From a bacterium (lineage in GTDB: Bacteria > Bacteroidota > Bacteroidia > CAILMK01 > JACPUW01): a stretch of 64,000 bases of DNA. The stretch spans positions 15,392 to 79,391 of the forward strand of contig WGNN01000088.1 of assembly GCA_016124515.1 (NCBI GenBank), read 5' to 3'. The stretch's first letter is position 1; every line of letters starts with the position of its first letter. The position numbers and the translations under genes were made by a program. The notes beneath the pieces are model-generated. The model was not told the origin of the DNA and made no database searches. It saw only the letters and a list, made by a program, of their open reading frames with translations. Shown here piece after piece: positions 45,808-54,579 of this stretch.

Positions 45808-47502
45808 TTAAAGCTCAGCTTTATCGGGAGTATAACAAGCTTCCACTGCGGATGCAATACTCTCAAAAACAGGCGCTTTCCCATACTTCTTTGTATTAAG
45901 CAGCCCTGATTTCTCTATGATTTCTTCCACGTGTTCAGTCATATTGCAGAGGCAAAACATGGCTTGCCTTTCAGCCGTTTCCGCAATTATATCGTGTAGC
46001 GCTTTAAGCCCTGTGCTATCCATGTCGTGAATATTCCCGGCATCGAGAACCAAAAGCTTCAGACCTGCACTTTGCTCAATAAATTCGTGCATTTTATCCT
46101 TAAAATAATAGGCGTTTCCATAATACAACTGGTCATCAAAGCGTATGATCATTAGATCTGGGTACTTCACAAGGTCGGGATACCGATCTATACTTCTGTA
46201 ATAATTGGTGTTTTTTATTTTGCCAAGTCGGGTAATATTGGGCTGCGAACTGCGGTACAAAACGGTAACAATAGACAAACAAAATCCCAATAAAACGCCA
46301 AGCTCTATACCCAAAAGTAAGGTGCCGGCAAAAGTGACCATGAGCATGGTAAAGTCGCGTCGGTGCACATGCCACAAGCGTATAGCTTCTTTGTAATCAA
46401 ATAAATTTTTAATAGCCAATAATATAATGGAAGCCAAAACCGCTAAGGGCAAATGTTTGAAAAGCGGTGTTAAAAATAAAAGTGAAAGCAAAACAACCAC
46501 CACCGAAAATATAGAAGAAAGACCCGTTTTCGCTTTCAAATTATAATTTACCGCAGTTCGGCTGAAACTACCTGAAGAAGGCATGGAACTTGATAAAGCC
46601 CCCGCCACATTGGCCATTCCCAAGGCAAAAAGCTCTTGGTTATTTACCACACGGTAATTTTTGCTCTTTCCTTCGTAGTATTTGGCTATGCCCAAACTCT
46701 CTACTATACTAATGGCGCTCACCGTTAAAATAGTAGGCAGTAATTTGGTCAACAAATCAAGGTTCATGTTGGGCAGTGTAAATTCAGGAAGTCCTTCGGG
46801 TACCGTTCCCACCACCTTCACCCCTTTTTCTTCAAGCCCCAACAGATAGCTTATCAAAGTAGCTGCAACCACGACCAAAAGCGCACCGGGAATTTTTCGG
46901 TTCACTTTTCTGAGCCAAATAAGTAGTACCAAAGCTCCTACACTCATTACCAATGTGTAGCCATTATAGTTGAAAATATTGGCGAACACATGACCAGCAA
47001 TTTCCAAGGGATTTTCGGCGCGCGGCACATCTATTCCTAAAATATCCTTGAGTTGCGAAACGCCAACTATAATAGCAGCAGCTGAGGTAAAGCCCGAAAT
47101 AACAGGATGCGATATGAAATTGACCAGCAAACCGAGGCGCAAAAAGCTCAAGGACATTTGTACCAGCCCAATAAAAAATCCGGTGGTAATGGCAAGGCTC
47201 ACAAAATCGTTGCTCAAGGGCTCTGCAAAGTTTTTAACCCCGGCATATACCAAAAGCGCCGAAACCGCCACCGGCCCCACCGATAAATGTCGTGAACTAC
47301 CAAAAATGGCATAAACAACCAAGGGAAGCAAACCGGCATAAAGTCCATAAATGGGCGGCATACCGGCCAAATAGGCATAAGCCATTGCCTGCGGAACCAA
47401 CATGACCCCCACCGTAAGACCGGCGGATAAATCCTTTTGAATCCAGCCTTTTTTGTAGGAACTCAGGTCTTTTACCAGGGGTATGTATTTGTGTATCCAC
47501 AT
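45808..47502 (-). CDS. SulP-family anion (sulfate/bicarbonate) permease with STAS domain
   Basis: 564 aa. It has a polytopic core (AYAYLAGMPPIYGLYA) and a C-terminal STAS domain (LVLDAGNIHDMDSTGLKALHDI). Confidence 0.9.
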   Translation of the reverse strand: MWIHKYIPLVKDLSSYKKGWIQKDLSAGLTVGVMLVPQAMAYAYLAGMPPIYGLYAGLLPLVVYAIFGSSRHLSVGPVAVSALLVYAGVKNFAEPLSNDFVSLAITTGFFIGLVQMSLSFLRLGLLVNFISHPVISGFTSAAAIIVGVSQLKDILGIDVPRAENPLEIAGHVFANIFNYNGYTLVMSVGALVLLIWLRKVNRKIPGALLVVVAATLISYLLGLEEKGVKVVGTVPEGLPEFTLPNMNLDLLTKLLPTILTVSAISIVESLGIAKYYEGKSKNYRVVNNQELFALGMANVAGALSSSMPSSGSFSRTAVNYNLKAKTGLSSIFSVVVVLLSLLFLTPLFKHLPLAVLASIILLAIKNLFDYKEAIRLWHVHRRDFTMLMVTFAGTLLLGIELGVLLGFCLSIVTVLYRSSQPNITRLGKIKNTNYYRSIDRYPDLVKYPDLMIIRFDDQLYYGNAYYFKDKMHEFIEQSAGLKLLVLDAGNIHDMDSTGLKALHDIIAETAERQAMFCLCNMTEHVEEIIEKSGLLNTKKYGKAPVFESIASAVEACYTPDKAEL

Positions 47503-47580
47503 GGGCGCACAATCATAGCGATAAATTTCTTAATGCAAATGATCCGGTTAACCGGAATGAAGCTCTTTCCCTAATTTCAG

Positions 47581-49068
47581 CTATTTGCGCACTAAAAACT
47601 TAAGGCCAAACAATACCTGCCCGGTGCTGCCTCGACTGTATTGCACACCACTTCCCTTGTCGCCAAAATAGATAAAGTTATAATGATTTGAATAAAAATT
47701 ATGACTCAATGCTTTGTTATACCAGTATTTTATATTGAAATACCAACGTTCGGAAATCCTAATATTTTTTTGGATCTTAAAACCTATGGTATAAATATTA
47801 GTTGGAACCGAGGCGTCCTGCATAGTTACGGTATTTCCAAGCGAATCCGTCATGGAGGTAGTGCCGTAGCCATAGGCACCCTGAGCGGCCATACCTGTGG
47901 TGAAAGCCAAGCCAAACAAGGTTTTGTTATGGTAGTTAAACCATTTACCATAGCCGACATTGAATTGGGTAAAGGTTGATATTTCAGCTCCTGAATTAAA
48001 TCGGTTAATTTTATTCATTTGGCTCGTCAAACACATGAAATAGGCCATAGAACCAAAGGCAAACGTGTTGTTGGCCCAGTTTTTTTCTACACCCACATTT
48101 ACACTGGGTGATGAGGCGCCTGAACGCTTGTATAGAAAATGCGTATCGTCCAGTCGGTAGGTGAAAAATGTGCGACTCAGCCCCACATCAGTATAAGCAA
48201 ACCAGGCCTTTCTTCGGCTTTGCTTCATATCATTTTTCAAATGGTCTTTGATCAAATTTTGGTCGTTGCTCTTAAGGCGAACCGCTATATCGCTTGCTTT
48301 CTTTTCTTTTGAAATACCTGTAAAACAATACGATAGAGAAATGTATGGCGAAAACCCATTGTTGACATAAGTGCCGGTAGAAAGCTTGGACGTATCTTTA
48401 GGAAAGCAAGTAAAGTCGGCTGACATAATGCGCGTAAGGTTGGCGTGAATTCCGAAGGTAGCAGTTACCATATCGTTGTTGGCAATGCGGTAATTGCGGG
48501 CATAATAGAAGTTGATATACGGACTCTTCCGCACAGCCTTCCCTTCAATCGTATAATATAGAATTGATCTTTTGCTATTGCTAAAACTAACATGATCACC
48601 GGCATTTAAATCTTGAAAGGGCAAAAACCGGTTTAAGCCAAAGGACGCACCAAATGACGAATAGTGATTTTTGGTAAACCACAAGCTCCGTTCGAGCCCC
48701 ATCTGCATACCCACAAATGGTATATGGTAAATCATACCGAAAATATAAACATAACGACCCAAACCCGGCATATAATAATTACAGGGCAATAAGCCAAAGT
48801 TTCCGTTTACGGTAAACGACCACCTATTTCTTATTTGGTAGTGCCTTGTATATCCCAATTCATAGCGCCAGGCATTTTGTGGTACCAATGATGTGATGCC
48901 ACTTGACTGACTGATAAAACCATGATTGGCTCCCATTTGCGCGCTTAATGAACCGTAATTGAAGTAGCGCTTGTTTTTCCAAAGGCTATCAGCGTGTTGC
49001 CCAAAGGCCGTAATTGAATTGAGTAAAAGCAATAAAAGCAGGCTTTTTATTACAGCACCTTTTTTCAT
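47581..49068 (-). CDS. Hypothetical outer-membrane-type protein (signal peptide, aromatic/Gly-rich beta pattern)
   Basis: 495 aa. The signal peptide is LLLLLLLNSITAFGQ. It shows alternating aromatic patterns and lies 16 nt downstream of the type B CTD adhesin gene. I recognise no family motif. Confidence 0.55.
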   Translation of the reverse strand: MKKGAVIKSLLLLLLLNSITAFGQHADSLWKNKRYFNYGSLSAQMGANHGFISQSSGITSLVPQNAWRYELGYTRHYQIRNRWSFTVNGNFGLLPCNYYMPGLGRYVYIFGMIYHIPFVGMQMGLERSLWFTKNHYSSFGASFGLNRFLPFQDLNAGDHVSFSNSKRSILYYTIEGKAVRKSPYINFYYARNYRIANNDMVTATFGIHANLTRIMSADFTCFPKDTSKLSTGTYVNNGFSPYISLSYCFTGISKEKKASDIAVRLKSNDQNLIKDHLKNDMKQSRRKAWFAYTDVGLSRTFFTYRLDDTHFLYKRSGASSPSVNVGVEKNWANNTFAFGSMAYFMCLTSQMNKINRFNSGAEISTFTQFNVGYGKWFNYHNKTLFGLAFTTGMAAQGAYGYGTTSMTDSLGNTVTMQDASVPTNIYTIGFKIQKNIRISERWYFNIKYWYNKALSHNFYSNHYNFIYFGDKGSGVQYSRGSTGQVLFGLKFLVRK

Positions 49069-49083
49069 AAGTTGTCCTTTTTA

Positions 49084-52000
49084 TTATCTTATTACTTGCA
49101 CCATGCCATGTATATGTCGGTTCAGCACATCTATCATATATAAATACACACCCGGGTTCACCGGTACGTCATTATGATTGTAAGTTCCGTCCCAGCAAAG
49201 CACATTGCCTTCCTGCTCTATTACAAACATTTGCTGCCCCCATCTATTGAAAAATGTGATGGTAAAGTTTTTACAATCAGGTGGCAGTTTAGGTATTTCT
49301 ATTCTGAAACAGTCATTATAGCCATCGCCATTGGGAGTAAACACATTTGGGGCTATTATTTCAAAACTATCAAAAGGCAACAAACCTCGGCTTACCGAAA
49401 AAGTATCAATACAGTGCGCGTCAATGGCCAAAAGTGTGGCTTTAAGGGTGCTGCCATAGGCAAATATTTGTGATTCATTGAGCTGCTTGCTTTTGGTGTT
49501 GTTGCTAAACGACCATTTGTATTTTTCGGCAGCGCTGCTCGTGTTGGTAAAATCGCCTTTATAACCATAACAATCCGGACGTATAACCGTATCGAACGAG
49601 GCTATGGGTTCGGCTACTCTCAGCGAAACTTGCCCCGTATAGGTACATTTCGGAAATATTCTGGAATAGGTATAAACTATTGATTTTGTTGGACTTGCCG
49701 TTGGATTTGCTATGGTATCGCTACTTAGAAAATCGCCCGGTGTCCATACATGTTGCGCCATTTGTGCAGTATCCGCCGCGCCTAGCAATATGGCTTCGTT
49801 TACACAGGCAACTGAGTCGGGAATAATAACAACCCCTGTGTCAACGTATGCTTTAAACAATCGCGAAAAAGTATCGCTGCACTGCTCTTTGAAGGCTACC
49901 AATTGCACCAAATAATTGCCCGCCGCAGGAAAAGTAGATGTTATAGAATCGGCATTACTTTCAAATATTTCATGGCCAAAATCCCAGCGGAGGCGGTCGG
50001 TTCGTTTGCTATTGTTTTTAAGCGAAATGCGAAAGAGATCGCAATGCGGATCATAATCGGTGTCGTAGGCGGCAAGCGGGTTGTGCACTCCAACTACTAT
50101 CGTATCGGTAAATGTGCATTCAGGATACACTTTACTTAAAACATACACTCCTGTATCATAAGGATTTACAAAAGGATTTGGTATGGTGTAATCGCTCACG
50201 CTGTCCTTTGGACTCCAACGAAATTTGGCAAAACTAATGGTGTCATTTAAACCTATTTGCAATATTTGGCCGCGACACAAATTAGAGTCGGGTCCCGCAA
50301 AAAATCCGGTATCGCCATATACATTCAGCGGCAAAGCAAATGTCCAATTGCAACCGTAGGCCGAGGTTCCCAATAAACTAATGGTATATTTTCCACCATC
50401 GGGGTAGGCAAACGAAACTGAATCGCGGTTTGAAAAAGTATCTCTCACGCCGCCGTTTGCGCCAAAATCCCAGAGAATATGCTCGCAATTGGTGCTTCGG
50501 TTATACACTTTCACATTTTTGCCATCGCAAGGATAGGTGTAGGCCAATTGGAAAAAAGGTTGCGGATGGTCCACTAATACTTGCACGGTATCCCAAACCG
50601 AACAAATGTCAATAAATCGTTCTACCGTGTAAGTGGTACTTACCTTAGGAAAAGCCAACGGGCTTGCCACGGTAGAATCAGAAAGGGTTTTGGCCGGATG
50701 CCATGAAAATCGTGCCTTTGACGAAATGGGTGCCTGCCCCAACTGTACGGTGTCGCCAAAACATATTTTTCGGTTAAAGCCGGCAAAATTGCTTGTGTCT
50801 TCAGTAACTACAATTGTTTTTTCAATGGAATCGCTACAGGTTTTGTTGAGCGTGGCTACGAATTTTACCTTGTACTTGCCCGATTTTGAATAAGTATAAT
50901 AAGGATTTGGATCGGTGGTGCGCACCTTTTTCGAAAAATCATAAAAAGTCCACCTGAAGGTATTTCCTTCTCCTTGGTTACTGAATCTGAGCGTCAGGTT
51001 GTTGCACTCGGGCACCGGCTCTGAATCGAATTTCACCTCAGGCGGTCCCACATTTATTTGCATGGTATCATAGTCGTAGCAATATTCAAACACCTGCCGC
51101 AAGACATAGGAAAAGTCAGAAGGTGGTGTTGCTGTGGGGTTTTGAAGCGTATCGTTGTTGAGATAAGTGGAAGGATACCAATGGAATGACGATTTTGGAA
51201 ACGACGTAGCCGGTCCTATTTGCACCGATTCGCCGTTGCACGAGCGCACATCGGGTCCCGCAAAAGCGCCGGTATCGGGTTTCACATAAAAGGTTTTATA
51301 AAATGTGTCGCTGCACGATTTTGAATAGGCAATCAATTTGGCAGTGTACCAACCGCGGGTTGGATAGGTGTAAGTAACCGCCGCATTTTCCGATGTATCA
51401 GCCTTGGTATTTGGGTCGCCAAAATTCCATTTGTACCTGATAGCGCCGGTGCTGTTGTTTTTAAATTTGACCTGGTATTGGCAACTTTGCTCAGGCAGCG
51501 TAAAGGCACTCACCACATCAAATTTGCAATTGATTACATTGAGCTGAAAATCGCGATAAACGGTGGAAATGAGCTTTCCGTTGCGGTATTCTTTTACGGC
51601 AATACCTACAACAAACTGCCCCAAAACGCGCGGTGTGCAAGTGAGCAAACCGGTTTCAGGATCAATTTTCAAATGTGGCTTGGCACGCATGTAATTATTT
51701 ATGCTGAATCCGCTTCGCAACACAATATGTTGGTACGGTGGTCCTGCAGGTGGTCGTGGCACGGGACTCAACGGATCGGCACCATCATAAGGCACCATGA
51801 GTTCGTATGATAGTGAATCGCCGTCAGGATCATAGGCATTGTGCTTGAAGGAAAATTCATTGTTTACACATAAAAAATTGGGCGGTAATTGGTTGAAACG
51901 CGGACTTGAATTGTTGCCCATAGTTCCGCGCTCTGGAATCACGGCAAAGTAGCTGCCACCTGTGTTATCTTGATCCTGAATATTTATTACTGATTTGTTG

Positions 52001-52395
52001 CGGCAACACCTTTGAAATGCTAGTGTATAACCACCCTTTGTATCGGGAAGTACCATAATTGCTTCATAACTATAACGTACCACACATACATTGGTTGGTG
52101 GTATAAGGCAGTTGTAATTAATGCTTTTTACAATATCGGTTTGCAGGGTATCAACCAACGACCAGGTTATCAGCTTCGAGTCAGAATTTCTGAAAGCCGC
52201 AATGGCCGCTACTGTATCAAGTTCAAGCGCTGCCGGCGACCCATTAATGCAATCAATATAGAGGTATAAATGAATCTTAAAAGAATCATGTCCCAAATAA
52301 TCATAAAACAATTCGCCCCCTACAATGTGGGTTGCTTTCAAACTGCTCTGCCCAAAAAAGCTCATGAGCAGCAAAAGGAGTGTCCATTTTTTCAT
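49084..52395 (-). CDS. Large PKD-repeat surface protein with T9SS type B (gliding-motility CHU_C-type) C-terminal domain
   Basis: I moved the start to the Met at 52395 (MKKWTLLLLLMSFFGQSSLKA), which clears the terminator at 52426..52457. PKD-like modules (W.FGD...Y...G.Y.V.L) alternate with AGPD..C.G modules. The C-terminus is PNVFTPNGDGYNDCF...FNRWGQ...WDG...PGVYLY. Confidence 0.85.
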   Translation of the reverse strand: MKKWTLLLLLMSFFGQSSLKATHIVGGELFYDYLGHDSFKIHLYLYIDCINGSPAALELDTVAAIAAFRNSDSKLITWSLVDTLQTDIVKSINYNCLIPPTNVCVVRYSYEAIMVLPDTKGGYTLAFQRCCRNKSVINIQDQDNTGGSYFAVIPERGTMGNNSSPRFNQLPPNFLCVNNEFSFKHNAYDPDGDSLSYELMVPYDGADPLSPVPRPPAGPPYQHIVLRSGFSINNYMRAKPHLKIDPETGLLTCTPRVLGQFVVGIAVKEYRNGKLISTVYRDFQLNVINCKFDVVSAFTLPEQSCQYQVKFKNNSTGAIRYKWNFGDPNTKADTSENAAVTYTYPTRGWYTAKLIAYSKSCSDTFYKTFYVKPDTGAFAGPDVRSCNGESVQIGPATSFPKSSFHWYPSTYLNNDTLQNPTATPPSDFSYVLRQVFEYCYDYDTMQINVGPPEVKFDSEPVPECNNLTLRFSNQGEGNTFRWTFYDFSKKVRTTDPNPYYTYSKSGKYKVKFVATLNKTCSDSIEKTIVVTEDTSNFAGFNRKICFGDTVQLGQAPISSKARFSWHPAKTLSDSTVASPLAFPKVSTTYTVERFIDICSVWDTVQVLVDHPQPFFQLAYTYPCDGKNVKVYNRSTNCEHILWDFGANGGVRDTFSNRDSVSFAYPDGGKYTISLLGTSAYGCNWTFALPLNVYGDTGFFAGPDSNLCRGQILQIGLNDTISFAKFRWSPKDSVSDYTIPNPFVNPYDTGVYVLSKVYPECTFTDTIVVGVHNPLAAYDTDYDPHCDLFRISLKNNSKRTDRLRWDFGHEIFESNADSITSTFPAAGNYLVQLVAFKEQCSDTFSRLFKAYVDTGVVIIPDSVACVNEAILLGAADTAQMAQHVWTPGDFLSSDTIANPTASPTKSIVYTYSRIFPKCTYTGQVSLRVAEPIASFDTVIRPDCYGYKGDFTNTSSAAEKYKWSFSNNTKSKQLNESQIFAYGSTLKATLLAIDAHCIDTFSVSRGLLPFDSFEIIAPNVFTPNGDGYNDCFRIEIPKLPPDCKNFTITFFNRWGQQMFVIEQEGNVLCWDGTYNHNDVPVNPGVYLYMIDVLNRHIHGMVQVIR

Positions 52396-52425
52396 AAAGG
52401 GGAAAAGTAGGAAAAATTGGTCTTT

Positions 52426-52457
52426 AAAAAAAAGAAGCACCCAAAAATGGGTGCTTC
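52426..52457 (-). terminator. Rho-independent terminator of the 52504..53607 gene
   Basis: The plus strand reads AAAAAAAAGAAGCACCCaaaaatGGGTGCTTC. On the minus strand this is a 9-bp GC-rich stem followed by a U-run, 47 nt after the stop codon. Confidence 0.7.
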
Positions 52458-52503
52458 CTGTTTCATTTATGTTGTTAAAAAAACTAACCTAAGCTGTTTT
52501 TGG

Positions 52504-53607
52504 CTAGTGTACCATAATCTTTTGGCGATAGAGCAAAGTGTTTTGTCCTACTACGTTGAGCAAATAAACCCCTTGTGCAAGTCCGGCGGTGCTCAGGTTA
52601 CTTTGGTTTCCGGCGGCGCTGTTCATGCGTTCGGTTTTCATTACTCTGCCTTGCATATCGAGCAGGGTAAAGCTGAGGTTGTCAATCCCTTCAAAATTTC
52701 CGTTTACAATTATTTCATTTTCAGCCTGGTAAGCTCTTATGTTTCTGTCTTTTACCTCGCCTACGCTGCTTATTACCGACTTCATTTTCACGTATCGGCG
52801 GTTGTTGCTAGTTGAAGATTCGCCCAATACATAAAACCGGTCTTCTGACAACCATGAAACGTTGAATATGAAATACACATCACCTTCGGGCAATGATACC
52901 GAGGTGGGATAATCAAAGGTCATTATAGTAGAATCGCCGGGATTCAGGTTTTTATTGATGTGTGCTGAAAAGGCTTTTACGTCAGACACTTTGTTGTCAG
53001 AAAAAACCTGCATCAATACAAACACGCTGTCGTCGGTATAAGCCACCGAGCCTTGGTTTTTCACACTTACATCAAAAGAAACTGTGTGGTTTGGCGAAAC
53101 TTCGGTACCGGCTTTCGGGCTTAAAATGTGCAAATCCAAATCGCGGGGTTGTCTGTCGGCCAGTATTATTTCAAAACAAGCCGAGTCGTTTGCCGGATTG
53201 GTATCGCCGGTTACAGTGGCTTCCAGACAAATTTTGAGGGTGTCGCCTGCCGCATATTCAGGTGTTTTGAAACCAATAACCGATTCAATGCCCAGCAATT
53301 GGTCAAAATAGTTTTGGTAAAATTTTACGTTGCGGGGGTCAAATGGAAAAACCTCGTCAACCGCCATATCTGACCTGAACAAGGTGTAGTTTTTAGGCTT
53401 ATCGCCCACTTTGATGCCCACTGTAAAAACACGGCTTTGTATGGTATCGCCATAGTTTTTGATACTCCAATAGGCCGGCACCGTACTGCTTACTTCAAAT
53501 ACAGGATAGTGCTTTTTAGGATAAATGAGTTTTTCAACTCCAACATCCTGTGCTTTTGCAGCCACGGCTAAAACGATAATAGCTACTAAGGGAAAAATTC
53601 TTTTCAT
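52504..53607 (-). CDS. Secreted hypothetical protein with T9SS type A C-terminal sorting domain
   Basis: 367 aa with a signal peptide. A CARDB-like segment is SPNHTVSFDVSVKNQGSVAY. The C-terminal tail is LSFTLLDMQGRV...GVYLLNVVGQN...QKIMVH. Confidence 0.75.
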   Translation of the reverse strand: MKRIFPLVAIIVLAVAAKAQDVGVEKLIYPKKHYPVFEVSSTVPAYWSIKNYGDTIQSRVFTVGIKVGDKPKNYTLFRSDMAVDEVFPFDPRNVKFYQNYFDQLLGIESVIGFKTPEYAAGDTLKICLEATVTGDTNPANDSACFEIILADRQPRDLDLHILSPKAGTEVSPNHTVSFDVSVKNQGSVAYTDDSVFVLMQVFSDNKVSDVKAFSAHINKNLNPGDSTIMTFDYPTSVSLPEGDVYFIFNVSWLSEDRFYVLGESSTSNNRRYVKMKSVISSVGEVKDRNIRAYQAENEIIVNGNFEGIDNLSFTLLDMQGRVMKTERMNSAAGNQSNLSTAGLAQGVYLLNVVGQNTLLYRQKIMVH

Positions 53608-53708
53608 TGAATAAAAATTTGCGGCAAAACTAATTCTTATTCAGCTCACAAGTTGCTACCACCTATAAAATGGGCGGCTTGCATAACTTAAAGAAATTGA
53701 ATTGTTTG

Positions 53709-54557
53709 CTAATACACTACCACCCGGCAGGTTTGGGTTTGCCCTTGGCTAAGCAGTTGTACCAAGTACATTCCGGGTTGTAGTTGCAGACCCAATTGCG
53801 CTGCTTCAGCATTTGTGGTTCTTACTATTGCCTTTCCTTCCATGTCAAAAATGCTGAGTACATCGCCCTTTGCCATGCCCGAAATAAAAATCCGTTGGCC
53901 GGCAGGATTTGGGTAAACGCTAAAACCAATGGTGGTGCTTGGCTCTTCCATACCGGCCACCAAGCCTGTACCAAATTTCAAGTCATCGGCCAATAAGGTG
54001 GTAGCCGCTTCTCCCTTTTCGTTGTTGTTCAGTTTTATCTCAACCATACACGAATCAGGATTGCCGTTCATTCTGAAATCAGCCTTTTCTATTGGCAACA
54101 CAAAATAGAACCAATTGTAGTTGCGCACCACCTCGTTGCCAAAAGGGTTGATATGCTCCACCCTTTTCATCATGGTATCGTTTTGTTTCAGGCTATCATT
54201 CCACTTTAAATAAACCACTTTTAGCGAAAAGCGCTCAAAATCGGTTTGGGGCAGGTATATGAATTTGCCTGATAATTCGCTGCTGCGTTTGTTGTAGGCA
54301 AATTGGGTTCTGATAATGGCATTTGGCTTGCCGGCTTTTTGAAGCACCGCAAAGGCATTTCCACTTTTGGCCATTACCGTAGTGTCGCCGTTGTTGGCTT
54401 TAAATTTAAATTGCTTGTATATCCCGGCTTTGCCTTCCAGTACCTGCCAGTCAGTTATGTTGTTGTCATCACCGTTTTCAAAGCTTGCATTGGGCATTTG
54501 TGCATGGCACAGCAGGGCAAAGAATAGAGATAATAAGGAAAGTGTGATGCGAAGCAT
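53709..54557 (-). CDS. Secreted hypothetical protein with T9SS type A C-terminal sorting domain
   Basis: 282 aa with a signal peptide. The C-terminal tail is FSVYPNPAGQRIFISG...GMYLVQLLSQGQTQTCRVVVY. Confidence 0.75.
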   Translation of the reverse strand: MLRITLSLLSLFFALLCHAQMPNASFENGDDNNITDWQVLEGKAGIYKQFKFKANNGDTTVMAKSGNAFAVLQKAGKPNAIIRTQFAYNKRSSELSGKFIYLPQTDFERFSLKVVYLKWNDSLKQNDTMMKRVEHINPFGNEVVRNYNWFYFVLPIEKADFRMNGNPDSCMVEIKLNNNEKGEAATTLLADDLKFGTGLVAGMEEPSTTIGFSVYPNPAGQRIFISGMAKGDVLSIFDMEGKAIVRTTNAEAAQLGLQLQPGMYLVQLLSQGQTQTCRVVVY

Positions 54558-54579
54558 GAATAAAATAATTTAGGCAAAA

